Assembly: GCA_902591495.1 (NCBI GenBank)
Contig: CACJAW010000003.1
Location: forward strand, 21,500 to 85,499
Length of the DNA: 64,000 bases
Direction of reading: 5' to 3'
Source: an uncultured Pseudohongiella sp.
GTDB taxonomy: Bacteria > Pseudomonadota > Gammaproteobacteria > Pseudomonadales > Pseudohongiellaceae
Part shown: positions 1-15,027 of the stretch, piece after piece
How the letters are laid out: every line of letters starts with the position of its first letter
How positions within the stretch are numbered: position 1 is the first letter of the stretch
The notes under the pieces: model-generated
What the model saw: only the letters and a program-made list of their open reading frames with translations
Database searches by the model: none
Told to the model about the DNA's origin: nothing
Position numbers and translations under genes: made by a program

Positions 1-22
1 CCTCATTAAAGAATTAATTGTT

Positions 23-1518
<1,496 letters not shown>

Positions 1519-1538
1519 GAAAAGTTTATCAGCGCGAC

Positions 1539-2039
1539 TTAAAGCGAAGATTGCAAAGCAGCGTCTTGCGCCTGAACTTTCTCAGAATTTGCCGCACGCT
1601 CCTGTTTCACCCGCTCTGATAGCGCCTCGTCAGCAAGCGATAGAATCTGAGCAGCTAAATAAGCGGCATTTTTTGCGCCAGCCTTACCTATTGCAACAGT
1701 TGCAACAGGAATTCCTCCTGGCATCTGCACTGTTGACAACAAAGAGTCCAGACCTTGCAAAGGACCTGCATCAATTGGCACACCGATCACTGGTTTGGTA
1801 GTGTGCGCTGCAGTAGCACCAGCCAAGTGAGCGGCTAAGCCTGCCCCTGCTATGAATACCTGACAACCTCTTGCCTCAGCATCACTTATGTATTGCTGAG
1901 TCACTGTCGGAGTACGGTGAGCAGAAGTAATTTTTATCTCATAATCGATTTCCAATTGTTTCAAGATATCTGCACCAGCTTGCATAATTGAAAGATCAGA
2001 CTCAGAACCCATTAATATGGCTACGAAAGGTTTACTCAT
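1539..2039 (-). CDS. purE: N5-carboxyaminoimidazole ribonucleotide mutase
   Basis: 166 aa with MGSESD and SAHRTP motifs. Typical PurE length. Confidence 0.93.
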   Translation of the reverse strand: MSKPFVAILMGSESDLSIMQAGADILKQLEIDYEIKITSAHRTPTVTQQYISDAEARGCQVFIAGAGLAAHLAGATAAHTTKPVIGVPIDAGPLQGLDSLLSTVQMPGGIPVATVAIGKAGAKNAAYLAAQILSLADEALSERVKQERAANSEKVQAQDAALQSSL

Positions 2040-2226
2040 AACAAATATTTCCAGCTAAAAAACAAACCGGAAAATTACCTTACACACCATATTCTTTCAA
2101 GTACAAAACACAGGCAAATTAACAGAAAATCTAATAATCAAACTTATTTCCCTTTCGAAGTTTCTATTTCGATACTGTACAATTGAAAAGTCGTTTAAGA
2201 GTGTGTTAACCGAGACTTGGCTTAAG

Positions 2227-2733
2227 ATGGCAATATTAGAAATAATTGAATTCCCACATCCTAATTTACGCAAAATAGCTGAGCCGGTCACAGCTTTTGA
2301 TGCTAAGTTGGGGCGTCTTGTAGATGATATGTTCGAGACTATGTACGAGGCGAATGGTATAGGCTTGGCAGCTACTCAAGTCGATATTCACAAAAGGCTT
2401 TTAGTATTGGACACCTCCGAGGAAAAAGATAATCCACAAGTATTTGTCAATCCTATTATTGAGATAATCGAATCTGACTTATCTGAATACGATGAAGGTT
2501 GCCTCTCAGTTCCCGGGTTTTATGAAACAATATCTCGTCCCAAGAAAATAAAAGTCGAGGCCCAGAATCGCGTGGGCGAAAAATTTTCAATTGAAGCCGA
2601 AGGTATACTATCGGTTTGTATTCAACACGAAATTGATCACTTAGACGGAAAACTTTTTGTCGATTACCTGAGTTCTCTCAAACGGAATCGAATTCGAGAC
2701 AAACTACAGAAAGATCACAAATCTTCCTCTTAA
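2227..2733 (+). CDS. def: Peptide deformylase
   Basis: The three PDF motifs are present ([25 protein letters not shown]). I placed the start at the internal ATG (MAILEII...) of the 2203 ORF because it matches the usual N-terminus. Confidence 0.93.
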   Translation: MAILEIIEFPHPNLRKIAEPVTAFDAKLGRLVDDMFETMYEANGIGLAATQVDIHKRLLVLDTSEEKDNPQVFVNPIIEIIESDLSEYDEGCLSVPGFYETISRPKKIKVEAQNRVGEKFSIEAEGILSVCIQHEIDHLDGKLFVDYLSSLKRNRIRDKLQKDHKSSS

Positions 2734-2747
2734 TTAAAATATGTGAC

Positions 2748-3716
2748 ATGGCTACTTTACGTCTTATATTTGCTGGCACTCCAAAAATTGCAGCCTCTCA
2801 TCTTGAATCAATCATAGAAAGCCAGCATCAAATCCTAGCAGTTTATACACAGCCAGATAGACCATCAGGTCGTGGACGGAAACTAGTCAGTTCTCCGGTG
2901 AAACAGCTTGCCGAGAAAAATGATATACGGCTCTGTCAACCAATATCTCTTCGTTCCAAAGAAGAACAAGAAAAACTTGCCTCTTATGTCCCAGATTTAA
3001 TCGTGGTAGTGGCATACGGGCTTATACTTCCAAAGGAAATACTAGATATTCCTAAATACGGCTGCATCAACGTACATGCCTCACTACTACCAAGGTGGCG
3101 AGGGGCGGCGCCCATAGAGCGGGCAATTCTGGCCGGCGACAGTATGTCAGGTATAACTATAATGGAAATGGACGAAGGATTAGATACAGGCAATATGTTG
3201 TTAAAATCAGAGGTCAAAATCGCACCTAAGGATACGAGGGAAGATTTGGAAAATAACCTTGGGCTCGCTGGAAGAAAAGGCTTGATCAAGGTGCTAGATA
3301 ACCTTGAATCTTTTTTGGCATCTTCACAAAGGCAAGATGAACTGCAAAGCTGTTATGCTGAAAAATTAACCAAAGAAGATTCTCTTATAAATTGGAATCA
3401 CGATGCTGTTTTCATAAGTCGGCAAATTCGAGCAGGTATAGGGAGGATGCCGGCGTATACTTTTTTAGAAGAGATGAGAATTAGGATCCTATCTGGAGAT
3501 GCTAAGGAAGAGTATGAACAAAGGATCAGACGCCCTGGAGAAATATTAGAGCTAGCTAAAGACTCATTCACGGTCGCATGCGGTAAGGGGCGTTTAAAAA
3601 TCTCACTCGTTCAAATGCCCGGGAAAAAAGCATTGGCAGTTAAAGAGTTAAAAAATGCCAAACCGGACTTATTCACACCTGGAAAAATATTCAGCGCCGA
3701 AATCTATTCTCAATGA
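2748..3716 (+). CDS. fmt: Methionyl-tRNA formyltransferase
   Basis: 322 aa with HASLLPRWRGAAPI. Conserved def-fmt order. Confidence 0.94.
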   Translation: MATLRLIFAGTPKIAASHLESIIESQHQILAVYTQPDRPSGRGRKLVSSPVKQLAEKNDIRLCQPISLRSKEEQEKLASYVPDLIVVVAYGLILPKEILDIPKYGCINVHASLLPRWRGAAPIERAILAGDSMSGITIMEMDEGLDTGNMLLKSEVKIAPKDTREDLENNLGLAGRKGLIKVLDNLESFLASSQRQDELQSCYAEKLTKEDSLINWNHDAVFISRQIRAGIGRMPAYTFLEEMRIRILSGDAKEEYEQRIRRPGEILELAKDSFTVACGKGRLKISLVQMPGKKALAVKELKNAKPDLFTPGKIFSAEIYSQ

Positions 3717-5008
3717 AAAATGTTAGAGCAATTGCGGCACAGATAATCACCAATTTAACTAGGCAGCGAGGCTCTCTATCGACTCAACTAACAGATTTTT
3801 CGAATCATCCAGAAATTTCTCTTCTGCAAGAAATTTGTTTTGGAACTTGCAGATGGTATCTGTCACTCGAATTTCTTCTCCACAAATTAGTAGCAAAACC
3901 TATTAAAGAAAAAGATCAGGACGTGAAGAGTTTGATCTTAATCGGTCTTTATCAGCTGAAAGAGCTTAACATTGCAGATCATGCTGTGGTCAATGAAACC
4001 GTAGCTGCCTCAACAGCACTTAATAAACCATGGGCAAAACCTTTGATAAATGCAGTTCTTCGGAAGTATCAGCGTAACCAACGGAAACTGACCGAAGAGC
4101 TCGAGCGAAGCACGCTAGACATCAGGTACTCCTGCCCTACCTGGCTGTTAAATGAAGTCAATGTCGCATGGAAGTCAAAATCGCAGAGTATCCTTAAAGG
4201 AAGCAATCAAAGGCCTCCCTTAACTCTGAGGGTAAACATTTCAAAGAAATCTCCAGAGGAGATCATTTCACTATTTTCTGAGCATCGTATTGAAGCTGAC
4301 CGCGGCAAATTAGCTAAAACTGCCATCTACCTAGAAAAACCTTTGCCTGTGGAAAAAATCCCGGGATTTTACGATGGTTGGGTGAGCATACAAGATGAAT
4401 CATCTCAATTAGTGCCAGAGTTGCTTAATTTGAAGCCAAAAGTAAGGGTTCTTGACGCCTGCTCTGCCCCTGGGGGAAAAACTTGCGCTATTATTGAAAG
4501 TGAGCGTTTGCTAACAGAGGTGGTTGCCCTGGATGAATCTGAATCGAGGCTGCAAAAAACTCGTGAAAACCTGCTTCGTTGCGGCTTAAAGGCATCATTA
4601 ATTAGAGGGGACGCAACGAAACCCACCAAATGGTGGGACGGACGCCTTTTCGATAGAATACTTTTAGATGCCCCTTGCTCCGGTTCTGGTGTGATTAGGC
4701 GTCACCCAGACATAAAGATCCTTCGAAGAGAAGAGGACATTCAAGCACTTACAAAGATACAAGCAATGATGCTGGATTCCCTCTGGCAATGTTTGAGACC
4801 TGATGGGCTATTACTTTATACGACTTGTTCAATCTTACCTCGTGAAAACGACTCTCAAATAAAGAACTTCTTAAAAAGAACTGATAACGCTAAATATGAA
4901 GGCATCACGGCCGATTGGGGAGTAGAATGTGATTATGGTAGACAGCTACTGACCGGCGATAAAGAAGATCACGACGGTTTTTTTTATTCTCTACTTAGTA
5001 AATCTTAA
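3713..5008 (+). CDS. rsmB: 16S rRNA (cytosine967-C5)-methyltransferase
   Basis: 431 aa with an N-terminal NusB-like region, the SAM motif DACSAPGGKT, and the catalytic PCSGSG and TCS motifs. ATGA overlap with fmt. Conserved fmt-rsmB-trkA order. Confidence 0.9.
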   Translation: MKNVRAIAAQIITNLTRQRGSLSTQLTDFSNHPEISLLQEICFGTCRWYLSLEFLLHKLVAKPIKEKDQDVKSLILIGLYQLKELNIADHAVVNETVAASTALNKPWAKPLINAVLRKYQRNQRKLTEELERSTLDIRYSCPTWLLNEVNVAWKSKSQSILKGSNQRPPLTLRVNISKKSPEEIISLFSEHRIEADRGKLAKTAIYLEKPLPVEKIPGFYDGWVSIQDESSQLVPELLNLKPKVRVLDACSAPGGKTCAIIESERLLTEVVALDESESRLQKTRENLLRCGLKASLIRGDATKPTKWWDGRLFDRILLDAPCSGSGVIRRHPDIKILRREEDIQALTKIQAMMLDSLWQCLRPDGLLLYTTCSILPRENDSQIKNFLKRTDNAKYEGITADWGVECDYGRQLLTGDKEDHDGFFYSLLSKS

Positions 5009-5044
5009 CTCAGCGCTTTTATTGAAGTACCGAGCACTCTTACG

Positions 5045-6418
5045 ATGAACATTATTATATTGGGCGCAAATCAAATCGGCTGCACACTTGCTGAAACTTT
5101 AACCAGTGAGGCGAACGATATAACTGTCGTCGACTCTGACGCCACCAAGCTTCGCGAACTAAAAGACCGTATCGATATTGGAACAGTTGTAGGACACGCC
5201 TCTCATCCAGAAGTTTTAAGGCGCGCGGGAGGCGAAGACGCAGACATGATGATCGCCATTACTGACAATGATGAAGTCAACATGGTTGCTTGCAGGGTGG
5301 CACACTCAATGTTTCAAACCCCCAAAAAGATTTGCAGCATTAGATCTTCAGACTACCTTATCAGTAAAGAATTGTTTGGCAAACACGGTGTGGCAGTCGA
5401 TGACGTCATAAGCCCAGAGCATATCGTGTCCAACTATATGGAAAAGCTCATCGACCTGCCAGGCTCACTTCAGGTTTTAGATTTTGCCGAGGGAGGTGCT
5501 CAACTAGTTGCTGTAAAGGCATTTTATGGAGGCCCCTTGGTTGGTCATGAAATTAGGCTACTTAGGGAGCATATGCCTAATATAGACACAAGAGTTGCCG
5601 CGATATTTAGAAAGGACCGTCCTATCATGCCAGAAGGCACAACAGTCATTGAAGCAGATGATGAGGTGTTTTTTGTTGCTGCCAAGGAACATATTAGAAG
5701 CTGCATTGGCGAGCTAAGAAAACTCGACAAGCCGTACAAAAGACTCATTATTGCTGGCGGCGGTAACATAGGCTTACGTTTGGCAGAATCCATTGAAGAA
5801 CGATATCAAGTAAAAATCATCGAACATAGCGAGAAGAGGTGTAAATACCTATCGGAGAGTTTAAACAGTGCTATCGTTCTTAATGGTGAGGCGTCCAGCC
5901 AAGAGTTACTCATAGAGGAAAACATCGAAGATACCGATGTGTTTTTGGCTCTGACGAATGATGATGAGGCAAATATAATGTCCTCTCTCCTAGCTAAGAG
6001 ACTTGGCGCTAAGAAAGTTATGACAATTATCAATAACCCAGCATATGTTGATCTAGTTCAAGGCGGGCAAATAGATATCGCCATCTCTCCGCAACAAGCT
6101 ACGATTGGTAGTCTTTTAACCCACGTACGGAGAGGGGATGTCGTAAAAGTTCACTCTCTTCGAAGAGGAGCAGCTGAAGCTATGGAAGCTATAGCTCATG
6201 GTGACTCGAGTTCGTCCAAGGTTATAGGAAGGACCATCGATGAAATAGAACTTCCAGAGGGGGCGAAGATCGGAGCGATTGTAAGAAATAACGAAGTACT
6301 CATTGCTCACGATGATACGGTTGTTGAAACAGACGATCATGTTATTTTATTTTTAGTAGATCGTAAAATGATTCCACAGGTTGAACGATTGTTCCAAGTT
6401 GGTTTTAGCTTTTTTTAA
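5045..6418 (+). CDS. trkA: Trk potassium uptake system NAD-binding protein TrkA
   Basis: 457 aa with two tandem RCK/Rossmann halves (IIILGANQIG and IIAGGGNIG). Confidence 0.93.
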   Translation: MNIIILGANQIGCTLAETLTSEANDITVVDSDATKLRELKDRIDIGTVVGHASHPEVLRRAGGEDADMMIAITDNDEVNMVACRVAHSMFQTPKKICSIRSSDYLISKELFGKHGVAVDDVISPEHIVSNYMEKLIDLPGSLQVLDFAEGGAQLVAVKAFYGGPLVGHEIRLLREHMPNIDTRVAAIFRKDRPIMPEGTTVIEADDEVFFVAAKEHIRSCIGELRKLDKPYKRLIIAGGGNIGLRLAESIEERYQVKIIEHSEKRCKYLSESLNSAIVLNGEASSQELLIEENIEDTDVFLALTNDDEANIMSSLLAKRLGAKKVMTIINNPAYVDLVQGGQIDIAISPQQATIGSLLTHVRRGDVVKVHSLRRGAAEAMEAIAHGDSSSSKVIGRTIDEIELPEGAKIGAIVRNNEVLIAHDDTVVETDDHVILFLVDRKMIPQVERLFQVGFSFF

Positions 6419-6423
6419 CGAAA

Positions 6424-7881
6424 ATGCACGCATCCATTATTCTAAAAATTTTAGGCGCACTCTTAATGCTCTTTAGCATTTTGGCAAACCTTCTCCCAAT
6501 ATTTGTATCCGTGGTTTATAAAGATGGAATGTTATTTCCTTTCTTGAGTTCCACCGCTATCATTTTTAGCATTGGAGGATTGCTTTTCATTTCCGCAATA
6601 AACAAGACTGGCCGAGAACTGGGAACGCGAGATGGATTTTTAATTGTTACTTTATTCTGGACGGTGCTCGGCGTTGCTGGTTGCCTGCCTTTTGTATTCT
6701 CTTCGGAGCTAAATTTATCAGTCACAGACGCAATATTTGAGTCTCTGTCAGGCTTAACAACAACGGGAGCAACTGTAATCTCCGGATTAGACGATTTGCC
6801 AAAATCTCTTCTTTTTTATCGCCAGCAACTACAATGGTTAGGGGGCATGGGCATCATCGTATTGGCGATTTCTCTATTACCAATGCTCGGAATAGGCGGG
6901 ATGCAGCTCTATCGCGCTGAGAGCCCGGGGCCTATTAAAGACAACAAACTGCTACCCAGATTAGCTGAGACGGCAAAGGCACTTTGGTACATTTACTTGG
7001 CCTTGACCGTTGTATGCGCAATATCTTATGGGTTTGCGGGTATGGATCTTTTTGACGCCGTGAGTCATAGTTTTACGACCATTGCAATAGGTGGCTTCTC
7101 AACACATGACCAAAGTATTGCTTACTTTGAAAGTTCCGCGATTGAAAGTGTAGCTGTCATTTTCATGTTTATTGCTGGCGTTAATTTTGCGATGCATTTT
7201 ACCGCGTGGCAAACTAGATCGATCAAGCATTATTTACGAGATCCAGAGTTTCTCTTTTACTCATTTATATTAATTAGTGTGTCAGTTGTCACTATTTTGA
7301 CTCTCTATTTCTCAGAGGTTTACTCAAGTTTTTTTCAAGTTTTAGTTAAAGGCGTATTCCAGGTTGTTTCTTTTGCAACAACAACCGGTTTTACAACTGC
7401 TGACTTCAATGCTTGGCCGCTTTTTTTACCATACCTACTTTTATACGCCGCCATTATTGGTGCGTGCGCAGGATCAACTGGTGGGGGAATGAAGGTGATA
7501 CGAATATTGCTGATCTTCAAACAAGGCTTCAGGGAAGTGCAGCGTTTAATTCACCCCAAGGCAGTTATCCCCGTGAAACTTGGTAGAAATCCTGTGGCAG
7601 ATAGAGTAATTGAGTCAGTTTGGGGATTTTTCGCTGTATACGTGATGGCATTCCTGGTCATGATACTTGCGCTAGTCGCAACTGGATTAGATATAATAAC
7701 CGCATTCAGCGCAGTGGGGGCGTGTATAAATAATTTAGGCCCTGGCCTAGCAGACGTATCGGCAACTTACGAATCCATACCAACCCAAGCAAAGTGGATC
7801 TTATGTGTTGCAATGCTTTTAGGGCGATTAGAGGTCTTTACTCTATTGGTTTTATTTACGCCCATGTTTTGGCGGCGATAA
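6424..7881 (+). CDS. trkH: Trk system potassium transporter TrkH
   Basis: 485-aa polytopic membrane protein of the TrkH/TrkG type, immediately after trkA. Confidence 0.9.
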   Translation: MHASIILKILGALLMLFSILANLLPIFVSVVYKDGMLFPFLSSTAIIFSIGGLLFISAINKTGRELGTRDGFLIVTLFWTVLGVAGCLPFVFSSELNLSVTDAIFESLSGLTTTGATVISGLDDLPKSLLFYRQQLQWLGGMGIIVLAISLLPMLGIGGMQLYRAESPGPIKDNKLLPRLAETAKALWYIYLALTVVCAISYGFAGMDLFDAVSHSFTTIAIGGFSTHDQSIAYFESSAIESVAVIFMFIAGVNFAMHFTAWQTRSIKHYLRDPEFLFYSFILISVSVVTILTLYFSEVYSSFFQVLVKGVFQVVSFATTTGFTTADFNAWPLFLPYLLLYAAIIGACAGSTGGGMKVIRILLIFKQGFREVQRLIHPKAVIPVKLGRNPVADRVIESVWGFFAVYVMAFLVMILALVATGLDIITAFSAVGACINNLGPGLADVSATYESIPTQAKWILCVAMLLGRLEVFTLLVLFTPMFWRR

Positions 7882-7893
7882 GATGGAATTATG

Positions 7894-8760
7894 TCATTGG
7901 TAAAATCTTGACCCATCTGGTCTGCGGCGAAAACGCTTATATTCCCAAGAGTATTGTTCTATCGACTTCATTATGGTTTTTTCAATAGTCCTATTCAGAG
8001 CCATGATAGATTCGTCAAGGTCTTCACTATAAATGTCACTAATCGCTTCCTCGACGATAATTTTGTAACCTCGCGCGTTAGGTAACCGCTGGGCAAACCC
8101 GCAGAAAACCTTCGCCTTAGTTTTTTGAATTAGCTTACTAGGCAGAGACATCGTGAATGCAGGTTCTCCAAAAAAAGGGGCAAATCGTCCCCCTTCAGCT
8201 GGAGGCATCTGATCTGGAAGTATTCCAACTACTTCCCCTCGCCTAAGGGCAGCAAAAACCTTAGAAACTCCAATTCGATGAGTGGGCGCCATTTCAATGC
8301 CAGCTCTCGACCGGGTTTTTGTAATGAACTGGTCCATCAAATTAAATTCAGGGGGTTGGTAAAGCCAAGTCGATTTCAACTTTTCACACAGATAGAATGC
8401 GAATATTTCCCAATTCCCTATATGGGGAGCAAGCAAAATAACCCCATGTTCTGATGCTGTGGCAGCAAAGAAATTTTCCTCTCCCTCACTCTCGGTCACT
8501 AATTCAAGGCTTTTTGTCATAGGAGGGATCCAGGATTTGCCCATTTCTAAAATAGTACAAGCCGTATTAGTTAAACTTGCGTGAGTCATTTTCTCAATCT
8601 CAGCTGAACTCTTCGCACTAAAACAGGTGGCCAAATTCTTCTGAGTAACTAATTTTGCTCTTGTGGGAAAACGATAAAGGCACAATCCCCAGAATTTAGC
8701 GAGTAATTGTAAAACAGAAAGGGGTAACCAAGCTCCGATTTGGAGAAAAGCTCTTAGCAA
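7894..8760 (-). CDS. Lipid A biosynthesis late acyltransferase (LpxL/HtrB family)
   Basis: 288 aa with an HIGNWE (HX4D/E) acyltransferase motif and a C-terminal EQYSWEYKRFRRRP typical of HtrB/MsbB. The TTG start is uncertain. Acyl-chain specificity cannot be read from the sequence. Confidence 0.78.
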   Translation of the reverse strand: MLRAFLQIGAWLPLSVLQLLAKFWGLCLYRFPTRAKLVTQKNLATCFSAKSSAEIEKMTHASLTNTACTILEMGKSWIPPMTKSLELVTESEGEENFFAATASEHGVILLAPHIGNWEIFAFYLCEKLKSTWLYQPPEFNLMDQFITKTRSRAGIEMAPTHRIGVSKVFAALRRGEVVGILPDQMPPAEGGRFAPFFGEPAFTMSLPSKLIQKTKAKVFCGFAQRLPNARGYKIIVEEAISDIYSEDLDESIMALNRTIEKTIMKSIEQYSWEYKRFRRRPDGSRFYQ

Positions 8761-8904
8761 AATGTATTGTAGTGTTCTAATAGGAAGCAGCTCAGATTTA
8801 ATACCTTGTGTATTTTAAACTCATTAAGCTAAATAAGTAATTAATATAAAGTAAAGGCGCCAACGCGAACTATAGATAACCAACAGATAATCGAGGATAA
8901 TCTC

Positions 8905-9867
8905 GTGTTATCAATAAATCAGTCTATCCATAGAAACGTGATCCAAAAATTTAATTTAAATACATTTCAAGGGCTAATTTTGTCCCTGCAACACTTTTGG
9001 GCGGAAAAGGGGTGCGTAGTCCTTCAGCCACTTGATCTGGAGGTCGGTGCTGGTACGTTTCATCCAGCTACTTTTTTGCGAGCTATCGGGCCAGAAAGTT
9101 GGAATGCAGCCTATGTTCAGCCTTGCAGGCGCCCAACAGATGGCCGTTATGGTGAAAACCCCAATCGATTGCAGCACTACTATCAATTTCAAGTTTTACT
9201 AAAGCCTTCTCCAGATGGTATTCAGGAGATCTATCTAGATTCCCTGAAAAATTTAGGATTTGACACCTCAACCCATGATATTCGATTTGTTGAAGATAAT
9301 TGGGAATCTCCTACATTAGGTGCATGGGGACTTGGTTGGGAGGTCTGGCTGAATGGAATGGAAGTAACTCAATTTACTTATTTCCAGCAGGTTGGAGGAC
9401 TTGAATGCCACCCAGTAAGTGGTGAAATTACCTACGGTATCGAAAGGCTAGCCATGTATATTCAAGGAGTCGAAAGCATTTATGACATTGTTTGGACCGA
9501 GGGGGCTGATGGGCCGATTACGTACGGCGATGTATTTAAACAGAATGAAGTAGAAATGTCAGAGTTCAACTTTGAATGTGCCAGTGTTGATTTGTTGTTT
9601 TCGTATTTTGAGGATTGCGAGGTGCAATGCAATATACTAATAGAGAAGAATCTGCCGCTACCCGCTTATGAGCAGGTCCTTAAAGCATCTCATTATTTTA
9701 ACTTGTTGGATGCCAGAAAAGCAGTGTCGGTAACTGAGAGACAAAGGTTTATTCTACGCGTGCGGACATTAGCAAGATTAGTGGCTCAGACATATTTAGA
9801 GAGCAGAAAATCTTTAGGCTTCCCCTTGGCTTCTGACGAATTACGCAAGGAATACTTAGATCGTTAA
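8905..9867 (+). CDS. glyQ: Glycine--tRNA ligase alpha subunit
   Basis: [17 protein letters not shown] and [28 protein letters not shown] are present. The ORF opens with GTG at 8905. An in-frame GTG at 8938 would give the canonical N-terminus, so the start is ambiguous by 11 codons. Confidence 0.93.
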   Translation: MLSINQSIHRNVIQKFNLNTFQGLILSLQHFWAEKGCVVLQPLDLEVGAGTFHPATFLRAIGPESWNAAYVQPCRRPTDGRYGENPNRLQHYYQFQVLLKPSPDGIQEIYLDSLKNLGFDTSTHDIRFVEDNWESPTLGAWGLGWEVWLNGMEVTQFTYFQQVGGLECHPVSGEITYGIERLAMYIQGVESIYDIVWTEGADGPITYGDVFKQNEVEMSEFNFECASVDLLFSYFEDCEVQCNILIEKNLPLPAYEQVLKASHYFNLLDARKAVSVTERQRFILRVRTLARLVAQTYLESRKSLGFPLASDELRKEYLDR

Positions 9868-9869
9868 CT

Positions 9870-11954
9870 ATGGCAACTCGTGATCTCCTAATTGAAATTG
9901 GAACTGAAGAGCTTCCACCTAAATCATTAAATTCACTTTCGAAAGCTTTTGAAGATTTGATTAGTGACGCGCTTGCATCACAGAATATCGCTTTCAATGA
10001 AACACAAAGATTTGCGACACCGAGAAGATTAGCAGTAATAATAAAGCAAGTTGCTGAGAGCCAAAGTGATGTGAAATTGCAGAGGGTTGGCCCAGCGATT
10101 TCTGCAGCTTATGATGGAAATGGAAAGGCAACACCAGCCGCATTAGGCTTTGCAAAATCTTGTAGTGTTGAATTAGAAGAACTGGAAACAATAACGAAGA
10201 ATGGTGTCAAAAAACTGTCTTACGAAGCTTTGGAAAAGGGAAAAGAGACGAGCGCTCTAATCCCAGAACTCATAGGATCCGTCTTAAAAAAGCTGCCAAC
10301 ACCAAAAAGAATGCGCTGGGGTAGCTCCAGAGAAGAGTTCGTAAGGCCTCTTCACTGGATTCTTCTATTATTTGGCAAGGAGCAGTTAAAATTTAAAGCT
10401 TTTGGTGTGTCTTCCTCGAATCTGACGAGGGGACATAGATTCCATAGCAACATAGAAATTGTAATTGACGAACCAACTCAATACGAAAAGTTGCTCAGCG
10501 AAGTAGGTCATATAATACCGAATTTCGAAAAACGTAAGGATCTCATTCGTGCTGAAGTTGTTGAGCAAGGTTCATTGGCAAACGCAACTGCTGTGATAGA
10601 CGAGGAGCTATTAGACGAGGTAACGAGTTTAGTTGAGTATCCTATGGCATTAACAGGAGAATTTGATTCAGAGTTTTTAAAAGTACCCCCAGAGGCACTT
10701 ATCCTTGCTATGAAAACACACCAGAAATGTTTTCACATGAATGACGCTAAGGGTAATCTGTTACCCAAGTTTATAACTGTCAGCAATATTCGCTCAAAAG
10801 ACCCTTTGCAAGTAATCAAAGGCAATGAGAGAGTTATAAGGCCTAGGTTAGCAGACGCAAAATTCTTTTTTGAGACGGACAAACAAGTAACCCTTGAGTC
10901 CAGACTTGAAGGCCTTAAAAAATTAATTTTTCAAAATAAACTGGGCAGCATCCATGGCAAGGTTGAGAGAGTCGCTAACATTAGTAAATCCATTGCGAGA
11001 AGTTTGTCCATTAGCGAAACCAATTGTGAGCGAGCATCTTTACTTTCTAAATGTGATTTACTTACTGATATGGTTAGAGAATTTTCCGATCTTCAAGGGA
11101 TAATAGGTAGTCATTACGCAAAACATGACGGCGAATCTGAAGAAATATCCGTTGCGATACAAGAGCATTATCTTCCTCGATTTTCAGGTGACAATTTACC
11201 GGCAAGCCAGGTAGGTAGTGTGGTCGCAATAGCCGATAAGTTAGATACCATTGTTTCTTTGTTTGGTATCAATCAGCCCCCAACCGGATCCAAGGATCCG
11301 TTTGGATTACGTCGATCTGCGATAGGCATACTTAGGATTGTCGTGGAAAAGCGACTTGATCTAAATATTGCTGAACTTATTGACGATGCCATATCCGCCC
11401 AAAATCAATACGAGCTATTGCCCGAGACGAAAGAATTAGTCTTTCAGTTTTTCCTAGATAGGTTTAGGTCTTGGTATAAGGACGATGGCATTCCGAGTAG
11501 TGTGTTTGAATCGGTCTATGCCTTAAAACCACAAAGGCCTTTTGATTTCCATTTGCGAGTTGAAGCGGTGAGTGCTTTTACCGAACTACCAGAGTCAATG
11601 AGCTTAGCTATAGCAAACAAGCGAGTTTCAAACCTCTTGAGCAAATATGAAACCGAAAGTATTTTACCTCCATGCAGTAAGGATTTACTTAAGTTAGAAT
11701 CAGAGATAAGTTTACACTCTCAAATAGAAAATAAAAAAATAGAAGTGGCGCCATTTTTAGAGAAGCTTGACTATACTAATGCGCTTTTATGTTTGTCGTC
11801 TCTCAAATCAGCAATCGATGACTTCTTTGACAATGTCTTAGTGAATGATGAAGACGAAAAACTGCGCACGAATAGATATTCATTGCTTTTTGAGCTACGT
11901 GAATTATTTTTGATGACGGCTGATATCTCTTTCCTTGACAATAATCAAGAATGA
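9870..11954 (+). CDS. glyS: Glycine--tRNA ligase beta subunit
   Basis: 694 aa directly after glyQ, with an N-terminal LLIEIGTEELPPK and typical length. Confidence 0.93.
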   Translation: MATRDLLIEIGTEELPPKSLNSLSKAFEDLISDALASQNIAFNETQRFATPRRLAVIIKQVAESQSDVKLQRVGPAISAAYDGNGKATPAALGFAKSCSVELEELETITKNGVKKLSYEALEKGKETSALIPELIGSVLKKLPTPKRMRWGSSREEFVRPLHWILLLFGKEQLKFKAFGVSSSNLTRGHRFHSNIEIVIDEPTQYEKLLSEVGHIIPNFEKRKDLIRAEVVEQGSLANATAVIDEELLDEVTSLVEYPMALTGEFDSEFLKVPPEALILAMKTHQKCFHMNDAKGNLLPKFITVSNIRSKDPLQVIKGNERVIRPRLADAKFFFETDKQVTLESRLEGLKKLIFQNKLGSIHGKVERVANISKSIARSLSISETNCERASLLSKCDLLTDMVREFSDLQGIIGSHYAKHDGESEEISVAIQEHYLPRFSGDNLPASQVGSVVAIADKLDTIVSLFGINQPPTGSKDPFGLRRSAIGILRIVVEKRLDLNIAELIDDAISAQNQYELLPETKELVFQFFLDRFRSWYKDDGIPSSVFESVYALKPQRPFDFHLRVEAVSAFTELPESMSLAIANKRVSNLLSKYETESILPPCSKDLLKLESEISLHSQIENKKIEVAPFLEKLDYTNALLCLSSLKSAIDDFFDNVLVNDEDEKLRTNRYSLLFELRELFLMTADISFLDNNQE

Positions 11955-12523
11955 ATTCCTGTAGAAAATCTGAGGACTCGAAAACAATAGTCCTTGATAG
12001 AGATGGTGTAATCAATGAAGATTCTTCGAGCTATATCAAGACTGCGGAGGAATGGATTCCCATAAGTGGTAGCATCAGCGCGATCGCCAGACTCCATCAG
12101 GCAAATTTTCGAGTAATCATTGCTTCAAACCAATCTGGATTAGCGAGAGGATATTTTGACGAGGCAGCATTGGCCTGCATACACGACAAAATGAATTCAT
12201 TGGTCGAGGATTCTGGAGGGGTCATATCTGCTATTTTCTATTGTCCACACTCTCCCGATGCGGGGTGTTCGTGTCGAAAGCCCAAGACAGGACTGCTGCA
12301 GCGAGCAGAGGTTGAATTTGATATTTCCCTGGCTGGAGATTATTTTGTAGGTGACAGCCTGAAAGATTTACAAGCTGCCGCCTCATTCAATATGGAGCCT
12401 TTACTAGTTAGAACTGGTAACGGGAGACAAACAGAGGTTTCCCTCTCTAAAGAAATCAGGGATCAAACTCGTATTTTCAACGATTTAGAGTCTGCGGTTA
12501 ATTGGATTTTGAAGGAACAGTAG
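11951..12523 (+). CDS. gmhB: D-glycero-D-manno-heptose 1,7-bisphosphate phosphatase (HAD superfamily)
   Basis: 190 aa with the HAD motif LDRDGVIN and a Zn-binding CPH...C.C cluster. ATGA overlap with glyS. Confidence 0.82.
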   Translation: MNSCRKSEDSKTIVLDRDGVINEDSSSYIKTAEEWIPISGSISAIARLHQANFRVIIASNQSGLARGYFDEAALACIHDKMNSLVEDSGGVISAIFYCPHSPDAGCSCRKPKTGLLQRAEVEFDISLAGDYFVGDSLKDLQAAASFNMEPLLVRTGNGRQTEVSLSKEIRDQTRIFNDLESAVNWILKEQ

Positions 12524-12545
12524 TTCGTAAGTAGCTAAACATTGA

Positions 12546-14987
<2,442 letters not shown>

Positions 14988-15027
14988 CTAAATCAGATAA
15001 TTCTAATTCCAAAAAATTGCTAAAAAG